Source of the DNA: a virus
DNA length: 64,000 nucleotides
Reading direction: 5' to 3' (one strand)
IMG/VR virus record: IMGVR_UViG_3300029544_000195
The position numbers and the translations under genes are program-made. Of this stretch, positions 35,648-44,905 are shown in pieces (position 1 is the stretch's first letter; every line of letters begins with the position of its first letter). A model generated the notes under the pieces. It saw nothing but the letters and a program-made list of their open reading frames with translations, was not told where the DNA came from and did no database searches.

Positions 35648-35713
35648 TGTATTGATTATACAGCCAAAAAGTTTTATTGTATTAAGGAAGTTTAGAATTA
35701 GACAGGAGGAAAT
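35648..35713 (+). repeat. direct repeat copy 2
   Basis: Retains the degenerate C-terminal coding remnant (...IDYTAKKFYCIKEV*) and the RBS used by 35718. Confidence 0.6.
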
Positions 35714-35717
35714 TATT

Positions 35718-35951
35718 ATGAGTTTACAATTAACAAAAACAGAAAAACAATTGTTGAATCAAGAATTTGAAGGGACGGAATGGTGCCCTCATTGTAACAG
35801 AGAGACAGATTTTAAATATAATCCAATGAAGAACGAATATATAACATGTACAAATTGTGGGATGAAAATACATCCTTGCAGCTTATGTGATGGTAATGAT
35901 TGTAATAATTGTGAGGATGAAATTAAAACATCATTACTGCAATGGGCATAA
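35718..35951 (+). CDS. zinc-ribbon protein (78 aa)
   Basis: CPHCN...CTNCG...CSLCDGNDCNNCED. CAGGAGGA RBS. Confidence 0.45.
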   Translation: MSLQLTKTEKQLLNQEFEGTEWCPHCNRETDFKYNPMKNEYITCTNCGMKIHPCSLCDGNDCNNCEDEIKTSLLQWA

Positions 35952-35975
35952 TTATGATATGAGGAGAAGTTTTAC

Positions 35976-36548
35976 ATGAATGAAGTAGCTAAAAAAATGA
36001 GAGATGTATTACCACAATTAATTGAAGAACTTAATGCTACTCCTAATAATGATTTTTACAATGAGCTTGTTTCAGAAGGAGTAGAATTTGAACCATTAAA
36101 AGAATATAACGGAGATATTATTCAAATTGACCGTCTTATTGAATTTTTGCCAACAGAATATTGGTCGTGGGATGGGACAAAGAAAATTTATTTAGATGAT
36201 ATATCCGCTGCTATTCAGAAAGCTCTGCCAGAAATATCTAGCCCATATGGAGATACATGGAAGTATCCTGTAACAGAACACAAATCAAGAGAATGGCATA
36301 TAGGAAGGATTATCTACTTTATCAATCATCCAGATGAAATAAAGGATATTGAAATTGATAACGAGTGTAATGGAGGTTATATTCTTCCTCGTCCTATTAT
36401 TGTGGATGGATGGCATAGGTACGCAGCAGCAAGATGGTTATATAGTCAGGGCAAGCTAATTAAAATTCATTGTAAGTATGGAGGTAGAATAGATATACTT
36501 GAATATTTACAAGGTAAAACAAACAGTTTTAATTGTGAATCCGTATAG
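35976..36548 (+). CDS. ParB/sulfiredoxin-fold (ParB-like nuclease domain) protein
   Basis: IIVDGWHRYAAARWL resembles the ParB/Srx DGxHR motif. Confidence 0.4.
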   Translation: MNEVAKKMRDVLPQLIEELNATPNNDFYNELVSEGVEFEPLKEYNGDIIQIDRLIEFLPTEYWSWDGTKKIYLDDISAAIQKALPEISSPYGDTWKYPVTEHKSREWHIGRIIYFINHPDEIKDIEIDNECNGGYILPRPIIVDGWHRYAAARWLYSQGKLIKIHCKYGGRIDILEYLQGKTNSFNCESV

Positions 36549-36573
36549 AAAAGAAAGTGAGGAACAATAAAAA

Positions 36574-36852
36574 ATGCAACATACAATGAGAAGTGCATTT
36601 AAGAGATGGTTAATCTTACATAATGAAGAATTTCGCATAGGCAGGTGGATACGGCTTCCGCATTGGTTTCGCCATTATATACGAAATACAAGAAAATGGG
36701 AATATACAGTAACTGAAAGAAACAGTTACAACTATTATTGTGGTGAGGATGAAGCAAACCATGAACAGAAAAGAAGATATAAAGGATATTACACTTTTGA
36801 AATTTCAGATGATGAGTTATTACAATTAGAAAGACCTGAATGGATAAAGTAA
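36574..36852 (+). CDS. hypothetical protein (92 aa)
   Basis: GTGAGGA RBS. Confidence 0.4.
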   Translation: MQHTMRSAFKRWLILHNEEFRIGRWIRLPHWFRHYIRNTRKWEYTVTERNSYNYYCGEDEANHEQKRRYKGYYTFEISDDELLQLERPEWIK

Positions 36853-36870
36853 AATATTGTTATTTGGAAA

Positions 36871-36898
36871 GGACTCGGTTTTTAACCGGGTCTTTTTT
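36871..36898 (+). terminator. rho-independent terminator
   Basis: GGACTCGGtttttaaCCGGGTCtttttt. Confidence 0.55.
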
Positions 36899-36913
36899 AT
36901 ATGTAAAGGAATA

Positions 36914-36924
36914 CAGACATATTA
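36914..36924 (+). promoter_or_regulatory. phage promoter motif
   Basis: ATACAGACATATTAAATAT. Confidence 0.45.
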
Positions 36925-36956
36925 AATATATCTAAAAAAACATTAGGAGGTAGGGC

Positions 36957-37130
36957 ATGATTAAAAATTTATTTCATGTAGGGCAAAAAGTAGAATGCCG
37001 ATTGGACGAAAAATTCTATTCTGGCACAGTAACAGAAGTACATGATGACCATATCATTGTGGATGTTCCAGAAGTGTCAGGCCATTGTTGGTTTGAAGAA
37101 AATTTTAACATCGGCTGTGTATATCCATAG
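36957..37130 (+). CDS. hypothetical small protein (57 aa)
   Basis: TAGGAGGT RBS. Hand-translated. Confidence 0.3.
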   Translation: MIKNLFHVGQKVECRLDEKFYSGTVTEVHDDHIIVDVPEVSGHCWFEENFNIGCVYP

Positions 37131-37142
37131 GAGGTTGTTATT

Positions 37143-37349
37143 ATGAGTAAATATTTTTTCACTAGTTTAGATTTTGTAACCATAGTAAAAAAGCAATACA
37201 TGAGAAATGATATTTGTATGAGCGAATTGCTTCGAATGCATGATGAACTAACCGTTTCTCAAAAAAGAGAATTGCTGCTATGGTCTGGTGATGACGAATT
37301 TATGCAAGTGACAGAAACCGGAGAACTTGTAAGAAAAGCATATGTGTAA
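37143..37349 (+). CDS. hypothetical protein (68 aa)
   Basis: TAGGAGGT RBS. Confidence 0.4.
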   Translation: MSKYFFTSLDFVTIVKKQYMRNDICMSELLRMHDELTVSQKRELLLWSGDDEFMQVTETGELVRKAYV

Positions 37350-37362
37350 AAGGAGGATTATT

Positions 37363-37551
37363 ATGAATCAGATTATTATTATCACAAATGGTAATGTAAA
37401 AACATTACGCGGAGTAACAAAGATTCGTTTTCAAGCTGATAATGACGGCGATAAATATGTTGAGGTTTATCAGGGAAAAAAGAAAACCCGCTTCAATTCT
37501 AACAATATTGTTGGTTTTGAATGCAAAGCCGCGGATTGGTATTTAAGATAA
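37363..37551 (+). CDS. hypothetical protein (62 aa)
   Basis: AAGGAGGA RBS. Track ORF 37342 trimmed. Confidence 0.4.
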   Translation: MNQIIIITNGNVKTLRGVTKIRFQADNDGDKYVEVYQGKKKTRFNSNNIVGFECKAADWYLR

Positions 37552-37563
37552 GGAGGATTTGAT

Positions 37564-38148
37564 ATGCAATTATGTAGATTTGGATATGCAGAAAAGATTA
37601 TGCCGGAAGCAGAATACGCAAATTTTAAAAAAGGTGATACGATTTGTGGAGCATTTGATTTCCCAAACACCATAAAATGTGTAGAAACATGGGACGAAAA
37701 TGATTTCGCAACTTACACAGAATTTGTGGATAAGGCCAAAAAACTGGATGAAAAATTTTGTTCCGCAATTCATCAGGATGATGGAACTGTTAAAGTAAGA
37801 GAATGGTTTATTGAGACTCTTAATGTTGATGAAAATGGAAACTTGTTAGAAAAGTTTGGATTTGATTTTGCTGAAGGCCGTTATGCAGTAGATTTTGGAA
37901 CTGGAACCGGAAGCGAGACAGCTTATTCCGTAGAAGATGCAATGAAAAAAGCCGAAGCCGGCATTGCGTATACACAAAAAGATATACGTATTTTGGATGA
38001 GACAGAACGCTCCCCTTGGAGTACTGACCCAGAACCGGTTGTTGCAATTCTTCCTTGGTATGGTGTTAAGGCAGGTGAAGATGACGAAGTTGTTCAAGGT
38101 TTTGGAGAATACGGATTTTACGGACCTTGGCAGAAATTAGACAATTAA
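37564..38148 (+). CDS. hypothetical acidic protein (194 aa)
   Basis: TAAGGAGGA RBS. Confidence 0.45.
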   Translation: MQLCRFGYAEKIMPEAEYANFKKGDTICGAFDFPNTIKCVETWDENDFATYTEFVDKAKKLDEKFCSAIHQDDGTVKVREWFIETLNVDENGNLLEKFGFDFAEGRYAVDFGTGTGSETAYSVEDAMKKAEAGIAYTQKDIRILDETERSPWSTDPEPVVAILPWYGVKAGEDDEVVQGFGEYGFYGPWQKLDN

Positions 38149-38211
38149 TGCTTTTTGCTTTCACAAAAGCCATCATGATTTATTATGGTGGTTTTTTGTA
38201 TGGAAAGAAAA

Positions 38212-38222
38212 CAGACATATTA
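38212..38222 (+). promoter_or_regulatory. phage promoter motif
   Basis: AAAACAGACATATTAAAAAT. Confidence 0.45.
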
Positions 38223-38338
38223 AAAATGATTTTATTAACAAGAAAGGAGAATATTATGGGAATACCAGAAGATTTTGAACACATTTTTTAAGAAGATTGA
38301 GTGTAACAAAAAATTTTAGAACAAACAGGAGGACGGAT

Positions 38339-38578
38339 ATGAGTAAAAATTCAGCAGAAAAAATCGTAGCAGCAAAAGTGGAAGAGGTTTTCGGAGACGA
38401 ATTGCAGAGATTAAGAAAAACGGCATGTCCAATTATGTTATTGCAGAGATTGGTACATAAAATCTGCGTTTGCAATTCATGGAAAATCAATAAGGAAACA
38501 AAAGAAAAAGCGTGTGACTTTTTATATGAAAAATATATTAAAAAGGAATATCACGGTTGGCTTGGCGTTTGCTGCTAA
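38339..38578 (+). CDS. hypothetical protein (79 aa)
   Basis: ACAGGAGGA RBS. Trimmed from track ORF 38297. Confidence 0.4.
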   Translation: MSKNSAEKIVAAKVEEVFGDELQRLRKTACPIMLLQRLVHKICVCNSWKINKETKEKACDFLYEKYIKKEYHGWLGVCC

Positions 38579-38591
38579 AAGGAGGGCTTTT

Positions 38592-39107
38592 ATGAAATCA
38601 AATTATGAAAATGGTTTTCACGATGGTTATAATGCTGCTCGGACGTGGATTCCGGCGATATTAAAATCCCCATCAGAAAGTGGTTACTATCTAATCATCG
38701 AACACCGCAAGTCAAAAGGAGAATATTTGCCTAAGTTTGATGAAATTTACATAAGAAAAGCACGGTTTATTCAACCGGAAAAAATATGGTGTCTCGGAAA
38801 ATACGTTGACTCAAAAGCAGAAGCTAATGTGATAAAAGAAGTATTGTTTTGGATGCCGCTGCCTCAATTACCTGACGATGCTCTCAATTTTCCGGGAGTT
38901 AAAAATTGTGATGATATTGAATCACAGAAAAACGCTCATGCAACAGAAATCGTAGAGTTGTTTGAGGGATTATTGGACGAAAAAGGCATTGATGTGCCGT
39001 GTTCGGATAAGGAAGAGCAGGAATGCCGCTATGATAGCGGAAATGTTGCTAGGCTATACGGTATGGAATATTTTAATCTTGTTAGTGCAGTTCAAAATTT
39101 ATTGTAA
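38592..39107 (+). CDS. hypothetical protein (171 aa)
   Basis: AAAGGAGGG RBS. Trimmed from track ORF 38514. Confidence 0.45.
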   Translation: MKSNYENGFHDGYNAARTWIPAILKSPSESGYYLIIEHRKSKGEYLPKFDEIYIRKARFIQPEKIWCLGKYVDSKAEANVIKEVLFWMPLPQLPDDALNFPGVKNCDDIESQKNAHATEIVELFEGLLDEKGIDVPCSDKEEQECRYDSGNVARLYGMEYFNLVSAVQNLL

Positions 39108-39113
39108 TTCCAT

Positions 39114-39140
39114 GAAGCCCCTTCGGGGGCTTTTTCTTTT
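39114..39140 (+). terminator. rho-independent terminator
   Basis: GAAGCCCCttcgGGGGCTTtttctttt. Confidence 0.6.
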
Positions 39141-39155
39141 GTTTATTTCTTAAAA

Positions 39156-39166
39156 CAGACATATTA
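39156..39166 (+). promoter_or_regulatory. phage promoter motif
   Basis: TAAAACAGACATATTAAATAT. Confidence 0.45.
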
Positions 39167-39229
39167 AATATATCTTGGAAATAATAGGAGTTGAAATTAA
39201 ATAACAAAAAAGGAGAGGAGATATAGCTT

Positions 39230-39538
39230 ATGAAAATATATTTTGAAGATTCTTGTCTAAGAACGCCAAAATTAGAAGACTTTTATTATATTGTTGATGC
39301 AGCCAGTGGTGTTTCGTCCAATATTGCTTTTCTTGATGAGTTGTTGGAGAGACAGAAAGATTGTGTTGTTTACACAAATTCTCTTATAGTGTTTAGCAGT
39401 CGGTATGCATGGGATGCTGAAATTTATATCCGAAATAAGGATGGTGAATTTACTAATATTACGTCAGTGACTTCGAGATATTCAACAGAAGGGCTGAATC
39501 TTGCCAGACTGTATATTGCCGGAGAATTTAGAGTTTAA
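39230..39538 (+). CDS. hypothetical protein (102 aa)
   Basis: AAAGGAGAGGAG RBS. Confidence 0.4.
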   Translation: MKIYFEDSCLRTPKLEDFYYIVDAASGVSSNIAFLDELLERQKDCVVYTNSLIVFSSRYAWDAEIYIRNKDGEFTNITSVTSRYSTEGLNLARLYIAGEFRV

Positions 39539-39561
39539 GAAAAAGAAATGGAGGAAAATAT

Positions 39562-40164
39562 ATGAGCAAATTTATTTATATAAGTAATGTGAGAAAAGAC
39601 AAAATTTTAAAGGCGATTCAAAACCATGAATGTTATGATTCATGGGGAGAAGTCCAGTATGGAAACGATGAACGAGCAGTTGAGTACAATATCTGTATTG
39701 ATAATACGGCAACAAAAGAAACGATATATTGCAGTGCTTTTTATGGATTATTAAAAAATAAGGAAGGTTGTTGGCAACATGATGATGACCAGGAATGGTA
39801 CGAATATGAAATTGATTTTGCGGACAACGATTGGGAGGCAAAGTTAAAAGAAGCTGCTAAAAAAGCCTATAAAGAATTATGTGAGGATTACATGAAAACA
39901 AAACAGTATTATATTGCGAGATATAATGAAAGATGGAGAAAATGTTTTGATGAAGTGTCCAGTGATGGAAGTAAAGACCCTAGATTTGATGCATCAGTAT
40001 TATTTACTAAGACTGCAAATATAGAAGAGTTTGTTGGATATTATCTTGAACTTGAATCTATTAGCCCTTTGGCAAATTGGTTAAATCATGTAGAAAAAGG
40101 GCTTGAATTAAATGAGCGAGATAAAGAGGTTATAAAAATTTTAAAAGAATTGGAGGCAAAATAA
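39562..40164 (+). CDS. hypothetical protein (200 aa)
   Basis: ATGGAGGA RBS. Confidence 0.45.
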   Translation: MSKFIYISNVRKDKILKAIQNHECYDSWGEVQYGNDERAVEYNICIDNTATKETIYCSAFYGLLKNKEGCWQHDDDQEWYEYEIDFADNDWEAKLKEAAKKAYKELCEDYMKTKQYYIARYNERWRKCFDEVSSDGSKDPRFDASVLFTKTANIEEFVGYYLELESISPLANWLNHVEKGLELNERDKEVIKILKELEAK

Positions 40165-40286
40165 TGGCATTTTTTTGTAAAAGAAAGACTAGCAAATCTA
40201 AAAGAAAAAATGTTGGCTGTAAAGGCTGCAAGTATTATGAAAAAGTATTTTGGCATGGTCATTGGTCATGGAGATGTACATGCTGA
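40164..40286 (+). CDS. small Cys/His-rich basic protein (40 aa)
   Basis: TGGAGG RBS. Overlaps the upstream stop (TAATGG). Confidence 0.25.
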   Translation: MAFFCKRKTSKSKRKNVGCKGCKYYEKVFWHGHWSWRCTC

Positions 40287-40318
40287 GATAATTAAATAAA
40301 GAAATGGAGGAAATTACT

Positions 40319-40477
40319 ATGAATAAAGAACTGAAAAAAATAGCAAAGAAGTATAACTGGAAATTAGAAGTTTGGCATGGCGAATGCAAAGGTATTTTAT
40401 GTGGAGTGCAGGAAACGAATCCAGGCGAAGAACCACTTCCGTTGTATAGGTTTCCAGGTGGTATTTCTTTAGGATAA
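40319..40477 (+). CDS. hypothetical small protein (52 aa)
   Basis: ATGGAGGA RBS. Confidence 0.3.
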   Translation: MNKELKKIAKKYNWKLEVWHGECKGILCGVQETNPGEEPLPLYRFPGGISLG

Positions 40478-40523
40478 CAAGTAGTGAAACAATAATTTAC
40501 TTAAAAGATTGGAGGAAATTATT

Positions 40524-40757
40524 ATGAATAAAATGAAAAACCAGCCTATGCACAGAGTATGGGGTAGAATAGGATGCCTTTTCTTGTTAACGGATTTAGA
40601 GTATAAGCAGCTGACAGCTGCTATACAGGAAAATAATCCGGAAGCAGTAAGAGACATTTTAATAAAATCATTCAGTCGAAGAGAGGGAAATTCCTATCTT
40701 CCATTTGATTGCGAAGAGAATCCTAACATGGATTACGATTTTGAGTTTGAATGTTAA
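40524..40757 (+). CDS. hypothetical protein (77 aa)
   Basis: AAAAGATTGGAGGA leader, shared with 41608 and 42175. Track ORF 40509 trimmed. Confidence 0.4.
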   Translation: MNKMKNQPMHRVWGRIGCLFLLTDLEYKQLTAAIQENNPEAVRDILIKSFSRREGNSYLPFDCEENPNMDYDFEFEC

Positions 40758-40774
40758 AAGAGGAGGTTTTTGTA

Positions 40775-41383
40775 ATGAGAACAAAATTTTGTATAAGCTT
40801 AAAAGAATTATTTGCCAATGGAATTCAGTATCTTGAATTTGGGGGTTATATTAAACTTATAGACGAAGGAGATGGCTATTGTCGTTATGAATTGTATAAA
40901 GACGATAGTGATGAAGAAGAACTATTGTTAAGTGATGGTGAGCAATTATCATTTGGTAAATGGAAAACAATCGGAAACGGAACCAAATATATAATTGGTA
41001 CATCAGGATACGAAAAACAAGTATATTTAACAGAAAGGGAATTCAATATAGCAGTATTAGTTGGGTTGAATTTAGAGGAAAAATTTAATTTAATTTGTAA
41101 GCCAATTCCAACATATGCATTGAGCAATGAAATTGGGATTGATATAGGAAAAAGTTATATTTTGGATTTAACAACCAAAAAGAACTACAAGGTTGTAAAT
41201 AAATATCTTAAAATAATGTGCCCGGATTACAAGAAAATCAATAAGAAGTACATTGGTAACAAAGTTATTGTTGAGTTTTATCGTGACGGTTACGATAAAT
41301 GGTGGTTTTGCAATCACGGAACTATTAAACAGTATTTTAAAGCAGCGAGAGCGACTTTAGAAAGGTACATGAAAGAATTATAG
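40775..41383 (+). CDS. hypothetical protein (202 aa)
   Basis: AGAGGAGGT RBS. Confidence 0.45.
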   Translation: MRTKFCISLKELFANGIQYLEFGGYIKLIDEGDGYCRYELYKDDSDEEELLLSDGEQLSFGKWKTIGNGTKYIIGTSGYEKQVYLTEREFNIAVLVGLNLEEKFNLICKPIPTYALSNEIGIDIGKSYILDLTTKKNYKVVNKYLKIMCPDYKKINKKYIGNKVIVEFYRDGYDKWWFCNHGTIKQYFKAARATLERYMKEL

Positions 41384-41412
41384 ACTTAAAACGAATCGAA
41401 AGGAGCATAAAG

Positions 41413-41580
41413 ATGAGTAATGCAGAAAAGAAGAACAAATTAAAAAAGAGGTATGACAAATTTGTTAAAACAGAAGAAGGCAAAAAGTGGAAACATTTTT
41501 GGCAAAGCCAAACAGGTTCAGAAAGACGTGGGGATTTTGGCGATTATCTGTATGACTTTTATCCAGAAATGTTGCAGTAA
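41413..41580 (+). CDS. hypothetical small protein (55 aa)
   Basis: AAAGGAGC RBS. Confidence 0.3.
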   Translation: MSNAEKKNKLKKRYDKFVKTEEGKKWKHFWQSQTGSERRGDFGDYLYDFYPEMLQ

Positions 41581-41607
41581 TTTTTTAAAAGATTGGAGGA
41601 CGATATT

Positions 41608-42141
41608 ATGACAAAAACAATAGTATTAGATAGAAGAACAAGCAAAAATTCTAGTTTAGAATATGGAGATTTCGTCGCATGTTGTAATTGCGGAAAAACA
41701 ATGTTGGCAGATATCGGAATTGACAAATGCCCTGAGTGTGATGAAGAGACATTAACATGGGCAGATGAAAAGAATCAAGAAGTATCAGATGATTTCTTCT
41801 ATGATAACGAAGAGTATATGTTAGTAAATATGGAAGAATATTATATTGATGAAAAAAGTATTAGATATTATTATCCATTTGAAACAGATAAAAAAGTAAC
41901 TGATTATGGTGTTTTAGCGGAATATATAGGAAAAAAATTTTCCAGAAAAGAAATGGATAAAATAATTGCAGAAATGATATTAAGACATCCGTATATAGAC
42001 AGCTCAATGAGGCTGTGTTTGGATGTTATGAGAAATCAATCATATTATCATATGTTAGTCTTTCATAATTATAATTATAACAAACAAGAAAAAGGCAACG
42101 AAAGTATTAAATATGAGACAGAATGTATTGAAAATAATTGA
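41608..42141 (+). CDS. hypothetical protein with CxxC...CxxC zinc-ribbon near N-terminus (177 aa)
   Basis: ACCNCGK...CPECDEE. GATTGGAGGA leader. Confidence 0.45.
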   Translation: MTKTIVLDRRTSKNSSLEYGDFVACCNCGKTMLADIGIDKCPECDEETLTWADEKNQEVSDDFFYDNEEYMLVNMEEYYIDEKSIRYYYPFETDKKVTDYGVLAEYIGKKFSRKEMDKIIAEMILRHPYIDSSMRLCLDVMRNQSYYHMLVFHNYNYNKQEKGNESIKYETECIENN

Positions 42142-42174
42142 ATATAAAACACATTTTGATTGGAGGATAATATT

Positions 42175-42795
42175 ATGACAGAAATTAGAATTGATAACAC
42201 CGGAAATGGCACGGATTATTTATATACTCAAAGTGCTATGTGGAGAGATTATATTGACTGTGAAAATTTTGATGAAGAAGTTGTATTGACTGGAAATCGG
42301 GATTATAACAATTTCACAGAGGCATCATGGTATCAAAGAACAAAAGAAGTTTTGGATGATATTGATGCTTGGGGTGAATATCCAGAAGATTTATCCGATG
42401 AAGCGAATGCAAAACTTAAAGAATTGTATGAGAATTGCAGATGCACGGAGGATATTTTTGTAGATGTACTTCGAGTGTTGTACCCGAAAGATACATTTAC
42501 TGCCGGTACCATTCGAGGCGTTTGTCAGCGTGAATGGCAGAATTATATTATTAAAGGAGATGTTGATGTAAAGCTGCTTGAAGCTTTTTATTTCAACAGA
42601 GTGTCTTGTGTTACAATTATTACAGACACAGAATCTTTTAGTGATGTAATTGCAGATGACGTTTTATGGAAGGTATCACAGTCCGGTTTGGAAGAATATT
42701 TCAGAAAAGAATATGATATTCCGGCCGATGAAGAACTTCATATTTATCAGGCAGATGGTTACATACAGACTGTTAACTGGAAAAAAGTATGCTAA
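42175..42795 (+). CDS. hypothetical protein (206 aa)
   Basis: GATTGGAGGA leader. Confidence 0.45.
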   Translation: MTEIRIDNTGNGTDYLYTQSAMWRDYIDCENFDEEVVLTGNRDYNNFTEASWYQRTKEVLDDIDAWGEYPEDLSDEANAKLKELYENCRCTEDIFVDVLRVLYPKDTFTAGTIRGVCQREWQNYIIKGDVDVKLLEAFYFNRVSCVTIITDTESFSDVIADDVLWKVSQSGLEEYFRKEYDIPADEELHIYQADGYIQTVNWKKVC

Positions 42796-42810
42796 TTTTG
42801 TTATTTAATA

Positions 42811-42838
42811 AGGCTCTCTTCGGAGAGTCTTTTTTTTA
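42811..42838 (+). terminator. rho-independent terminator
   Basis: GGCTCTCttcgGAGAGTCtttttttt. Confidence 0.55.
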
Positions 42839-42851
42839 TGCATCTATCTGA

Positions 42852-42862
42852 CAGACATATTA
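42852..42862 (+). promoter_or_regulatory. phage promoter motif
   Basis: TGACAGACATATTAATAAT. Confidence 0.45.
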
Positions 42863-42912
42863 ATAATATCAATAAAACAATACGGAGACGTAAAAATCAA
42901 GGAGGTATGGAT

Positions 42913-43173
42913 ATGAAAAGATTTGAACTGCCGGCAATCGGCGATGCAAGAAAAAGTTTTTATAACAAAGCTATTGTAACGGAATACGACAACGGAGATG
43001 TGGAATTAATGAGTTACGCTACAACCGTTTGCCGAATTCGAAATGGTAAATTTGAGAAACTGTGGGATAAGTATAGCGCAACTACAATGCGCCATATTAA
43101 CGCATTTCTGAGATTCTATGATATTCCCGGCGGCGGTAAGACTTGGTGGAAATCTTTAAGTATGGCAAGCTAA
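42913..43173 (+). CDS. hypothetical protein (86 aa)
   Basis: AAGGAGGT RBS 7 nt before the second ATG. Confidence 0.4.
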   Translation: MKRFELPAIGDARKSFYNKAIVTEYDNGDVELMSYATTVCRIRNGKFEKLWDKYSATTMRHINAFLRFYDIPGGGKTWWKSLSMAS

Positions 43174-43191
43174 TTTAAGGAGGACAATATT

Positions 43192-43434
43192 ATGACAGAA
43201 ACTAAAATCAGAGAAAAAATCACAAGTAGCCCCATTGGAAAAGGGGCATTAATTGGCTTTGAAAATTGTATTACTCCGGTTGCTTTTTATAAGGCGCCAG
43301 ATGGCTATTACATTTACAAGGCTGACCGTCCAATGACATTTGAAAATATGCTTTGTCATAGTAAAAGTGTAGAAGGATTGGTACAGTTCATGCAGGGAGC
43401 CCTTTGGTTCCGGCTTAACGGAAAGGAGAATTAA
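43192..43434 (+). CDS. hypothetical protein (80 aa)
   Basis: AAGGAGGA RBS. Confidence 0.4.
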   Translation: MTETKIREKITSSPIGKGALIGFENCITPVAFYKAPDGYYIYKADRPMTFENMLCHSKSVEGLVQFMQGALWFRLNGKEN

Positions 43435-43435
43435 T

Positions 43436-43612
43436 ATGTATAAAAGAAAAACAAAGGATTGCTATGCAATCGAAGGAAATTGTGGCTATGGATGGGATAT
43501 TGAAGTTAACTGTGAAGACCTTGCAGATGCAAAAATGCAGTTAAAGACATACAGAGAGAATGTAACATATCCTGTTCGAATCAGAAAATGGAGAGAAAAA
43601 ATTCCCGCTTAG
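43436..43612 (+). CDS. hypothetical small protein (58 aa)
   Basis: AAAGGAGA RBS. Hand-translated. Confidence 0.3.
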   Translation: MYKRKTKDCYAIEGNCGYGWDIEVNCEDLADAKMQLKTYRENVTYPVRIRKWREKIPA

Positions 43613-43632
43613 AGAATTAAGGAGGTAAAAAA

Positions 43633-43905
43633 ATGAGTAATTACAAATTATATACCGGTTTTTTGGCCGGAGAAATGACAAAAGAAGATGAAAAAAGTCT
43701 TATTGTAATTATTACCAAATGGAAAAATGATGCAAAAGATTCTGAAGATGGGCGTAAAACATTTTATTTTAAAACAACTCATCGTGCTCAGGATATTTTA
43801 TTCCTGGAGGAAAAAATTTATGATGAAGCGTGGTGCGAATCGCTTTATGATACTTACCCGGGAAATACCAGACTCACAATTGAAAGGGAGGTTAAATTAT
43901 GTTAG
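43633..43905 (+). CDS. hypothetical protein (90 aa)
   Basis: AAGGAGGT RBS. Confidence 0.4.
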   Translation: MSNYKLYTGFLAGEMTKEDEKSLIVIITKWKNDAKDSEDGRKTFYFKTTHRAQDILFLEEKIYDEAWCESLYDTYPGNTRLTIEREVKLC

Positions 43906-44084
43906 AAATTAAGATTAAAACAAGCGGAGCTGCATATGATGACGGTGATGGACTTACATTTGCCGGCCGCTGTGAATTGCAGAGAAATCTTACCGAAATT
44001 TCAAGAGACCTTGCTGATGGTCGTAATAATGGTAACATTATGGACGTCAACGGTAATAAAGTCGGTGAGTGGTTTGTAGATTAG
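43899..44084 (+). CDS. hypothetical protein (61 aa)
   Basis: AGGGAGGT RBS. Overlaps upstream gene. Confidence 0.35.
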   Translation: MLEIKIKTSGAAYDDGDGLTFAGRCELQRNLTEISRDLADGRNNGNIMDVNGNKVGEWFVD

Positions 44085-44095
44085 GAGGAAGTTAT

Positions 44096-44608
44096 ATGAC
44101 AATTTTAGAAGCAGGGAAAAATGTTGTTATTTCGTCCGGTTCCGATTTAACTCATGTTTATCGTATCGGATTTATCAATAAGGATGATACATTGGACGAA
44201 ACAGAACTGGATGCAATCAATTTATCCGACTTAGAAGAGCTTTGGCGTTCTTTGTGTCCGGAATTTAACTGTGATGAAGATTCCGTAGAATATATCGAGT
44301 TAGTCGGTATTCGAGCATTAGAGACTGATGAAGATACTTTGACCGATGAAGAATTTTCGGCAATCGCAACGTGGACGCATAGCGTTAAGCTTGATGAAGC
44401 GTTTGATGTTGTGTCCAATAAGAGATTTATTGATTATGACGGAAACAAACATATTTCTGTTAAAGAAGGAATGCAGGAAATCGCAGATGCGATGGCTTAT
44501 CATCCAAAACATGACCTTTGTGATAATGATGCAGAGATTATGGTAAATCTTTTGCTAAAATACAAAGTCATGACGGAAAAGCAGATAAAAAATCTACCAC
44601 TTGATTGA
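44096..44608 (+). CDS. hypothetical acidic protein (170 aa)
   Basis: TAGGAGGA RBS. Trimmed from track ORF 44069. Confidence 0.45.
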   Translation: MTILEAGKNVVISSGSDLTHVYRIGFINKDDTLDETELDAINLSDLEELWRSLCPEFNCDEDSVEYIELVGIRALETDEDTLTDEEFSAIATWTHSVKLDEAFDVVSNKRFIDYDGNKHISVKEGMQEIADAMAYHPKHDLCDNDAEIMVNLLLKYKVMTEKQIKNLPLD

Positions 44609-44835
44609 TTTAAGAACAAAAAGAGGCTTTCTATAATATAGGAAGTCTTTTTTTATGACAAATAACGGAAAATGGTATATTGCAGAGAATATTTAATACA
44701 TAATGTTACCACCCTCATTTTTTTCACAGACTATATGTATAGGTAATATAGAGCTGAGGGGGAGCTGCTTACAGTTACAACTTCTGGTTTCCCTACCAAT
44801 TTTCTTTATAATGGGATTTTATCTCACCGGACAAA

Positions 44836-44846
44836 CAGACATATTA
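44836..44846 (+). promoter_or_regulatory. phage promoter motif
   Basis: CAAACAGACATATTATTAT. Confidence 0.45.
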
Positions 44847-44905
44847 TTATTATACAGCAAACATCATGGAGGTATTAACAATCAAATTAAAAAAGGAGGA
44901 ATTCT

